A DNA stretch of 24,000 bases, taken from NCBI RefSeq assembly GCF_028595265.1, contig NZ_JAQQXP010000004.1:132179-156178 (forward strand), given 5' to 3'. The DNA is from Alteromonas gilva (GTDB lineage: Bacteria; Pseudomonadota; Gammaproteobacteria; Enterobacterales; Alteromonadaceae). The position numbers and the translations under genes were made by a program. Positions within the stretch are counted from its first letter, which is position 1; each line of letters begins with the position of its first letter. Of the stretch, positions 1 to 7,100 are shown piece by piece. The notes under the pieces were generated by a model. That model was not told where the DNA came from. It saw nothing but the letters and a program-made list of their open reading frames with translations, and ran no database searches.

Positions 1-841
1 CAACTGCCTGCTGCATCCAGTGTGCAGCGGACATGCCACCACCCAAATTACGAGCATTGGACGCTAAAGTTTCAGCTAAGGACGCCTGAGCTTGATTTAC
101 CTCGTCTTCGTTCTTCGATTTTCTCGCTGCTTGGACAGCTAGTTTCCAGTACTCTTCAGCACGGTGAAAATCACCTTCATTCTCTGCGCGTTCGGCTGAT
201 TCCTTGGCAATGCTAAGGAGTTCATCAGTATCGTCCGACCCGAAGTCAAGCAGTAAAGATATTGACCTAGCTGTTAAGAATTTCTTGTCTTCCGCCGAGT
301 AGTCACGCACCCATGAGAGAAGCAAGTTATAGACGCTTTTAAAGTACTTTGCTTCCTTCCGCCGAAAAAGTGCTGCAAGACGTAAAGCTCGCTCCGCGTA
401 TTCTGCACAATATGTCCAATGCTCAATATCGAAGTGAGTTTTTGCACAAGTGAGAAATTCCTGAATCGCTGTCCATGCGTGTTTCGGATCACGGCTTCTT
501 AGCCAGAGAACATCGAAAACTCTTGCCCGAAGTACACTGGGATTCAGGTATTGAACGGTGGTCTTGAGCTCTTGAAGTTCGTCTTCCACCATATCAGATG
601 GGATTGGAGACCGCCCGTCTGCTGTTTGTATTAAAGGACCATACGGCGAACCAGCATCCTCATATTTTGAATGATAAGAGGCTATGGCCGCCAACGTTTT
701 CAAACACGCACGCTCGTTTTCTGTTAACGCTTCATCGTCACAACGTTGTCGAAGGTCGCCTTGGTAGTAGTCGCAATCATAGCGATCACTTTGCACAATC
801 ACATCATCTGCAATGTTCGCCGCGCGCTCATTCGCCGTCAT
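1..841 (-). CDS. Hypothetical helical protein, N-terminal 280 codons; the ORF runs off the left window edge and is absent from the supplied ORF track
   Basis: Manual reverse-complement translation from the ATG at 841-839 gives MTANERAANIADDVIVQSDRYDCDYYQGDL...RARVFDVLWLRSRDPKHAWTAIQEF...AEEYWKLAVQAARKSKNEDEV...AAHWMQQAV. There is no stop down to position 1. Composition is protein-like. A weak AGGA lies about 9 nt upstream. Confidence 0.6.
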   Translation of the reverse strand, partial: MTANERAANIADDVIVQSDRYDCDYYQGDLRQRCDDEALTENERACLKTLAAIASYHSKYEDAGSPYGPLIQTADGRSPIPSDMVEDELQELKTTVQYLNPSVLRARVFDVLWLRSRDPKHAWTAIQEFLTCAKTHFDIEHWTYCAEYAERALRLAALFRRKEAKYFKSVYNLLLSWVRDYSAEDKKFLTARSISLLLDFGSDDTDELLSIAKESAERAENEGDFHRAEEYWKLAVQAARKSKNEDEVNQAQASLAETLASNARNLGGGMSAAHWMQQAV

Positions 842-865
842 TTCAGGTATCCTATAGGAAATCTA

Positions 866-936
866 CCGCACCAATAAGCAGCGGAGCGTCAGCGACGTTC
901 GGCGACCAACGGGAGCGAATGTAATTGGATTCTTAC
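866..936 (-). repeat. attC-like repeat, degenerate copy D
   Basis: The right end gggagcgaatgtaattggattcttac parallels copy C (ggcgagcgacataatgtgattgttagc). The stop codon of the upstream minus-strand ORF (933-935) lies in its end. The left part ccaataagcagcgg parallels cacataaggcagag of copy C. Confidence 0.3.
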
Positions 937-1472
937 ATCGCAGCTCTGATGAAAGACATCCAGTCCCTATGAAGCTTTTTTAGCATCTGATATAAGTCAA
1001 CGTCCTGTCCATTAATGCTTACTGAGTACAAATAATGGTCGAAGGCACCACATACTGCTTCAGGGTGCCCACATACCGCAATTGGTGAGCCACTGGTCAC
1101 GGTATAATTTTCCCCCTGCTTTTCAATTTCGACCTTTTTGAAATGCTTTGCCTTATTACATAGTTTTCTTACTGTCTCTTGATACGCGCAGGTTTCTGGG
1201 AAGTCCTCTAAGCCATTGTAATAAGACTTAAGCTCCTTGGGTACCTTTCCAACGGAAAATGGATTAAATTGCCTTACACATTCAGTCTTGCAAGAGTTTT
1301 GAATAGACTCATCTCTCAAATACCACTCAAATAAGTGATTCATTCCGAACACCACATTAAAAAGCAAATAATCATATTTTGGATGCGAAAAGCACTCTCC
1401 TAGCTGTATTAATTCCTGCTCACATTTTTCGAGTAGGTGATGGTAGTTGTCCAGAGATAATAAACTCAACAC
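933..1472 (-). CDS. Hypothetical protein (cassette-like ORF); start re-assigned downstream of the repeat
   Basis: The ORF is open from 933. AGGAGG (minus strand, 1481-1476) is followed by GTG at 1472 or TTG at 1469. The first ~51 codons of the 933..1625 track ORF lie across repeat copy C, which is intergenic in its other copies. Confidence 0.6.
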   Translation of the reverse strand: MLSLLSLDNYHHLLEKCEQELIQLGECFSHPKYDYLLFNVVFGMNHLFEWYLRDESIQNSCKTECVRQFNPFSVGKVPKELKSYYNGLEDFPETCAYQETVRKLCNKAKHFKKVEIEKQGENYTVTSGSPIAVCGHPEAVCGAFDHYLYSVSINGQDVDLYQMLKKLHRDWMSFIRAAM

Positions 1473-1492
1473 ATACCTCCTGTGCGATGTGA

Positions 1493-1599
1493 CGCCCACA
1501 TAAGGCAGAGTTACGCATGGGCTAAAATCCGAGCGAAGCGACAGTGCCCATGCGTTACTGTCCCAGGGAGCCGGCGAGCGACATAATGTGATTGTTAGC
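1493..1599 (-). repeat. attC-like imperfect palindrome, copy C
   Basis: It contains a 10-bp perfect stem, acgcatgggc/gcccatgcgt. It shares the core GGCTAWAAT..GCGAAGC and the end GCGACATAAT..GATTGTTAG with copies A and B. The fic stop (1607-1609) lies 8 nt from its TAAC end. Confidence 0.45.
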
Positions 1600-1606
1600 T
1601 CCCGAT

Positions 1607-2971
1607 CTATTTTTTCGCATTCCAATCTTTAAGAATTTTCTTTTGGCTTACCATGCTGAACACCCATTCACGACCTTGTTTTTCCTTTTTGAAGAGTTTC
1701 ATATCGACAAGGCCATTGAGTGCAGATGATGCGGTATTATAGGAACATCCTAAGTTTTCTTTGACATTCGAAGCCGTAAAAAAATGAGCAACACCACTCC
1801 GTGCTACTTGGAATATTTTCTGCTGTTTATCAGATAGTTTTTTATATAAACCAGACTTCCATAGCCAAACGTTAAACTCTTCAGCTTCTTTTAGAGTTCG
1901 TTGGTAAGAATCCTTAAATTTGTTTATCGCTCTAATAATGATTGAGCATTGATAATCAATGAAATAAGTCAAATCCATTTCGTCTGATTCTGTATACAGA
2001 TAACTTTTCCCGTATTGAACAGGTGCATTTTTTAACAGCAGGCTTATAGTGATGTACCTAAATGCAGAAAAATCATTTTTGAACATATACCAATAGAAAA
2101 GTGCCCGTGCAACTCGCCCATTACCATCTCTAAATGGATGCTCAAAACCGATGAGAAAATGAATTATGATCGCCTTTACCAATGGATGGAAGTAGTCACG
2201 ATTATCTGTATCGTGATGACTTTCATTTACCCAACTACAGATTTTTTTCAAACGAGCTTTCAGATTTTCAGCTAAAGGTGGCTGATGAACAACATTACCC
2301 TCCGCATCAACAACTTTCACATCATCAGTTTTCCTAAACACACCGGGGGTGTAGTTATCATCGTCAATCCCATCGACTCCGATTTGATGTAAGTCCCTAA
2401 TTAAATCAGGTGTTAGATCTTTTTCTCTGTTCTCCCATGCAAATTTCATCATCTTAAAATTACCGACGATCATCTTTTCATCTAGGCTTCTAGGCTTGCG
2501 TTTCCTCTTTAACAAGTCTTTTGCAACTTCAGTAGTAGTAGCAGCCCCTTCAAGTTGGCTGCTGCTTATTGCTTCATCCTCGACCAAATCATTTAATAAG
2601 TATTCAAGATGCTTTTCTTCACCGATTTTTGAACACATCCACTCGAGAGAAGCGGTCGTTGTGTTCCTGTCTGTTTCACTTATGGCTTTTTGAATGTTGG
2701 GAGTCAGAAAAAAACGCCCTAATTCATTCGAATCACCGATAGGAAGAATTCTTTTTAATTGTCTCAATCTAGCAGTTTTCACAATTGACCATGCTAAATC
2801 TTTATCTAGATCTTTGGAAAATCTATAACGAAGCTGGTCATAATGAAGGTATCTTCCTTTATTATCTGTAGGAGATAAAAGTCCGATATATTCTTTTAGG
2901 TGCTCACTGTGCTTCTCCAGCGCAAGCTGCAAAGGGTTACTGATAAGTTCTTTTGGTGGAGAAGCAATCAT
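1607..2971 (-). CDS. Fic-family protein (AMPylase-type) with an N-terminal Fic_N-like region and a C-terminal wHTH-like tail
   Basis: The canonical Fic motif HPFRDGNGRVARAL is present. An upstream SSQLEG matches the intramolecular inhibitory motif [ST]xxxE[GN]. The ORF is 454 aa with an ATG start. Confidence 0.9.
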   Translation of the reverse strand: MIASPPKELISNPLQLALEKHSEHLKEYIGLLSPTDNKGRYLHYDQLRYRFSKDLDKDLAWSIVKTARLRQLKRILPIGDSNELGRFFLTPNIQKAISETDRNTTTASLEWMCSKIGEEKHLEYLLNDLVEDEAISSSQLEGAATTTEVAKDLLKRKRKPRSLDEKMIVGNFKMMKFAWENREKDLTPDLIRDLHQIGVDGIDDDNYTPGVFRKTDDVKVVDAEGNVVHQPPLAENLKARLKKICSWVNESHHDTDNRDYFHPLVKAIIIHFLIGFEHPFRDGNGRVARALFYWYMFKNDFSAFRYITISLLLKNAPVQYGKSYLYTESDEMDLTYFIDYQCSIIIRAINKFKDSYQRTLKEAEEFNVWLWKSGLYKKLSDKQQKIFQVARSGVAHFFTASNVKENLGCSYNTASSALNGLVDMKLFKKEKQGREWVFSMVSQKKILKDWNAKK

Positions 2972-2977
2972 ATTAAT

Positions 2978-3052
2978 CTCAAAATTGTGAATAATTGAGA
3001 CAAGAGTATATGAAAAACCAGGCTTTGTCTCAAAAAAGTTAAAAATTGAGAT
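2978..3052. promoter_or_regulatory. Two copies of the inverted repeat TCTCAA-N12-TTGAGA upstream of fic (putative operators)
   Basis: Copy 1 is 2978-3001 (tctcaa aattgtgaataa ttgaga). Copy 2 is 3029-3052 (tctcaa aaaagttaaaaa ttgaga). Half-sites and the 12-nt spacing are identical. Copy 1 begins 7 nt from the fic ATG. Confidence 0.4.
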
Positions 3053-3058
3053 AAGGGA

Positions 3059-3162
3059 GCTAAATTTAAGCTTTTGAGTGCAAACATGGGGCTATAATCG
3101 CGAAGCGGACCCGTGTTTACGTCCCAGCGAACGAAGTGAGTGACAAAAGCGTTTTGTTAACA
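3059..3162 (-). repeat. attC-like imperfect palindrome, copy A
   Basis: Outer stem is gcttttg/caaaagc and inner stem is aaaca.ggg/ccc.tgttt. The core is GGCTATAATCGCGAAGC. The GTTAAC end contains the stop codon (3157-3159) of the upstream minus-strand ORF. Confidence 0.5.
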
Positions 3163-3546
3163 CACATTGTTGAGAAGATCTCCAAAACCCCAAATGACGG
3201 TGCCTACGATCGTTATTAAAACACCTTGATAAACTTTAGAGCCAATTGCACGGTCTTCTGAGCTCGTCACCATGACTTTACCTTCGTGATCGAGCTCTGC
3301 AAAACCAGACGTAGATGAATTGGCTTTATAAACACCTCGAACAAAAATTGGGGAACTTATGAGTAATAGTCCAGAAACCGTTATCAATGAACCGAATCTG
3401 GAAAACCATAACCAATCTGATTGAAACACTGATATTCCAATACCAATTAACCCCATAGCTAAAGCAAAAGAAGCGACAGCAGTTTTGTTTCCTAGAATCT
3501 TAATATAAGGATCGTGCTTATGTTTATCTATGCTACTTGAGTTCAA
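3157..3546 (-). CDS. Small integral membrane protein, hypothetical
   Basis: The 129-aa ORF has several hydrophobic segments (AVASFALAMGLIGIGISVF, LITVSGLLLISSPIF, GVLITIVGTVIWGF). It starts at TTG, preceded by AAGGA about 6-7 nt upstream. Confidence 0.6.
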   Translation of the reverse strand: MNSSSIDKHKHDPYIKILGNKTAVASFALAMGLIGIGISVFQSDWLWFSRFGSLITVSGLLLISSPIFVRGVYKANSSTSGFAELDHEGKVMVTSSEDRAIGSKVYQGVLITIVGTVIWGFGDLLNNVC

Positions 3547-3562
3547 AAAATTTCCTTGTGGG

Positions 3563-3639
3563 TGCTAACACCTAAGTATGGGGCACAGGCAGGCTATAAT
3601 TGCGAAGCCGCCTGCGGGCGACATAATTTTGTTGTTATG
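3563..3639 (-). repeat. attC-like imperfect palindrome, copy B
   Basis: On the minus strand it reads ATAACAACAAAATTATGTCGCC...GGCTTCGCAATTATAGCC...CTTAGGTGTTAGCAC. TAACA/TGTTA termini pair and the arms are bulged. The stop of the upstream ORF (3635-3637) lies inside its TAAC end. Confidence 0.5.
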
Positions 3640-4110
3640 TATCATTAACCGATTTAGCCACAACGAACCCACTGAAACCGATGGCTGACTCGATATACCA
3701 GCCGTTGTAATTATTACTTTCAAGATAATTTACTGTAGTTTCGATATCATCTTTCCATATATCGATTCCAGTTTTGGCTATTATTCTTTTCTTCTTCGAA
3801 GAGAGAGCTAATCGGCACGTTTTCAATGTCAATGATAATCGAATATGCAGTATGCACGAAATAATATATGGTAACTTCCGTGAAGGTGATTTCCGAAAAA
3901 TCGGTTTCTTTATCGGGGTAGCCAAAACCCAAATATAATTTTACAGTTTTGCCGTGGCCCGGAAACTTCGTATTTTTGACGATGATAATCGTGAAACCTC
4001 AATATAGCCTTATCAGCTTCCTTGGCACATAGACACAATGACTTCCTGTGAAATGCTATATTTTCGTTATGAAATGTTACCAATTCAAATAGTGGCGCCA
4101 CTATAGACAT
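3635..4110 (-). pseudogene. Probable frameshifted cassette gene read across three frames
   Basis: Three consecutive overlapping minus-strand ORFs in three frames each look protein-like. They read MSIVAPLFELVTFHNENIAF..KAIL, then GFTIIIVKNTKFPGHGKTVKLYLGFGYPDKETDFSEITFTEV..SSLFEEEK, then IAKTGIDIWKDDIETTVNYLESNNYNGWYIESAIGFSGF. Junctions are near 4000 and near 3785. Confidence 0.4.
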
Positions 4111-4154
4111 GAGTTTTAATAGAGGGGTTGTTATTCTTGACAGCAAAACAGCGA

Positions 4155-4184
4155 TAAGAAAAAGCCCGGGTGATTCCGGGCTTT
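4155..4184 (-). terminator. Rho-independent terminator after the large surface-protein gene
   Basis: Stem is aaagcccgg (4161-4169) / ccgggcttt (4176-4184) with a 6-nt loop. On the minus strand it is followed by TTTTTCTT. Confidence 0.7.
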
Positions 4185-4191
4185 CTATTAC

Positions 4192-7100
4192 TTACCAGCT
4201 TACATCCGTTTCGACAAATTCTCCGCCATTATCTACAGCGCGTATTGTCACTGTCAGGCTTGGGTAATCTGACTTACGGAAGTAAATCACCTTACCTGCA
4301 CGGAAGTCGACTTGGCCTTCCCATGTGTAATAGTAATTCACAATCTCGCCATCTTCGTCAGTACAGTTTGACCGGACATAGTAACGATCACCGCTGTCTT
4401 CCAATTCTGGCAAACAAATTGGCGGAATATTTGGCAATACATTGATAACCGTCGTGTATTCACCCACCTGAGCGTACTCAGAAGTCACCACCAACTTAAC
4501 TTCAAATGATCCAGCTTCATTGAATTCAATGTCAGTCGATGACACTGTGGAGCTCGACAGCTCTGCACCGTCCAAGAACCACTGATAGGTATCAGCATAA
4601 TCTTTTGGATGGCCAGGGTCTGCATATGCTCTCATGCCGACTCTTAATGGAGCACGGTTGAACTCATTGCTCGGTGACTCAACTAATTCAATTTCCATAG
4701 GGTCGGCATCCAGAATGTCTACGAACTCTGAGAAGTCACGCTCATTACCACGGTTATCTCTTACTCTTACTGTGACAAGATGAAGCCCAGGTTCATGAAC
4801 GGTGAAGTAGATGAAGTCATTACTATTTCTGGTAATCTCAATTGCATTCTCATCCACCAGCCACTCATACGTAAATTCAACGCCAGGCACGTCAGTATCG
4901 ATACCATTGATTCTGGCCGAGCCCTGTGAAGGTGCCACAGCAATCTTTGTATCTACTTCAAACTGGCCATCAGGGAACTCATACCTATGTGTAACAACGG
5001 TTTCAGTCTCTGAAGCAAAGGTTTCTGCTTTCAGTCCATTAACCCAAGCAGAATATTTAAAAGTAGCGATTCCACCAACAATGTCGGTTTCTTTTACCAG
5101 GTATTCCACTTCGCTTGCGTTCACAACAGCGCCGTCTGGAAGCTCTATTTCCTCTATGATATCTAAATTCAAGCTTGAGCTGGACGCCCTTGCAGAACCA
5201 GATATCTTCGCTACAAAGCCAGCTTCTGCGTAACGAGGGGTATCAATATTGACTCTCAATGGCTCTGGAGCAAGAACCCTAGTTTTCATTTTATCTGAAG
5301 CATAAGATTGCTCGCCCACGGTTTCACTTGTGGAATCTAAACGATACCGAACGTTCACATAGAAATCTGAATTCGCCATATGGTTAAAGGTATCAGTTCC
5401 TTCAGTCCATGTAGCTCCTTCATCTACTGACCACTCAAATACACCATCTGAAGCACCAACCAAGTCATCCGCAACAACAGCCGTGAATGTACCTTCCTGA
5501 CCTTCCAGCAACGTTGTGTCACCTTCAACTTCAATGTCAGCAACTTCATAACCAACAGCTTCCACTGTAGCACTGTAAGAAATCACACCAGTCAGTCTGT
5601 TTTCTGTTCTAACGCGATAGAACTTGGTGCCCGGCTCATTCATTCTAACACTGAAGAAATTAGTCACATTTTCAGTTTCACTCCAAGCAACACCATCATC
5701 AGACATTTCCCAGACAACTCCTGCTGAGGCATCTCTATCATTACGGCTGGCATACTGGAATCGTACAGTTGTACCAAATGGCACTTCTTCAGTGATCACT
5801 ACGTCACTTAGCTCACCTTCGATTGCGGTGCCTTTAAGGGTTTCAACTCGATGAGCACGAGAATCAATTTGCTGTTCAAATCCTGGAACGCCTGAAATGG
5901 CATCCATCAGCACATAGATATAACTGCCACTATCGAAAATGGTTTGGCCATCCATTATAAATTTAGCCTCACCAGATGCGTTAACCTGAACCGCATCGCC
6001 AATACGGACATACTCTCGCTCATCGTTCCGATAAGCTAGTTGGGCAGTCCACTCACCCATGCTGTCAGTATCATAGATGTATGACTTAGCACGACGGTCG
6101 TAGAAACCAACATTGGCAGTGAACTCAATAGTGTCTTCAGTTGTCGTTTCACCGACAACATCACTGATGACATAAGCCTTGGTCCGTGAATCTGGAGTGA
6201 TTACTGCGGTAAAGTTTTCAGCCACCTTAGACTCTGGCACGCGACGATACTGAACATCAACTTCATATTCTACTTCTGACCATACAGGCGCACTAGTTTC
6301 ACCCACACGCTCAATACGGCCTCTATAATTCTTTAAACTAAACCTGTCAGAACCACGATAGTTTACTGTTTCAGTCATTCCTTGAGCTGATATATTCAGA
6401 TCAATGTACGAATTCGCAGCAGCCAGATTGTAATCCGTTAATCGCTTTGAATTGTGGGGCATTGAATACAAGCCTTCCGAAATTCTACCTTTATCGGAAA
6501 TTACAAAGTCTAGCTCGGGACGCTCCAATGCTTCTATCGTCATAGAGTCACTATATGCAGCAACTTTTTCACCATTGTTATTATGGTAATAGACCGTGTA
6601 ACCAATCTCGTGCGTCCCAATGTCGTTTATAACGCCTTCCAGGTTATATCCCCGCCCCTGGAAAGTAGGCTCTAAACCATCTGGAATGTTATCAAACTCA
6701 ACCGTACAGCCTTTACGGATAGAAAGTGAAAGCGCAGCTGCAGCTTCGTCAGTGGCCGCGAAATAACACTTATCACCTTCAGACTGATAAAAATCCACAT
6801 CCATCTCAGTGACTTCTGAGTAAACTTGCGGCGGCGGATTGTTGAAGTTGAACTCTGACATCATGTATTCAAGCTTGAAGTTGCGAACCATCTCATTACC
6901 GCCACTATCAGAAGCCACTACTTCGACGTTCAAAACCTGACTGGGTAGAATTTCTGGATCACGCTTCAGCAGCACAATATTGTCTTGCACTACATCAATG
7001 TCTGCATCCTCACCATTTATCTTCACGGATGTGATGGTAGAGCCATCCGCCCACCCCCCATGCGCAAAGAAAGCCACGTCTTCCAGGAAGTACGTATCTA

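Noticed and set aside
22-924. Track ORFs 22-216(+), 274-492(-) and 598-924(+)
   Set aside because: All three lie inside, and out of frame with, a continuous 280-codon minus-strand ORF (841 to the window edge) that has more natural composition. They are treated as shadow ORFs.
1473-1625. N-terminal 51 codons of the 933..1625 track ORF and its 19-nt overlap with fic, suggesting a coupled Fic-partner gene pair
   Set aside because: This stretch coincides with repeat copy C, whose sister copies are intergenic. A much better start (AGGAGG followed by GTG/TTG at 1472/1469) lies just downstream of the repeat.
866-3639. Whether the four repeats could be a CRISPR array
   Set aside because: The copies differ in length (about 70-107 bp) and sequence, are internally palindromic, and are separated by 0.4-1.5 kb of coding DNA. 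No cas genes are present.
4127-4134. Extra GTTGTTAT octamers at 4127-4134 and 15921-15928 as additional attC ends
   Set aside because: Neither is accompanied by the shared repeat core or palindromic arms. An AT-rich 8-mer recurring a few times in 24 kb is not significant.
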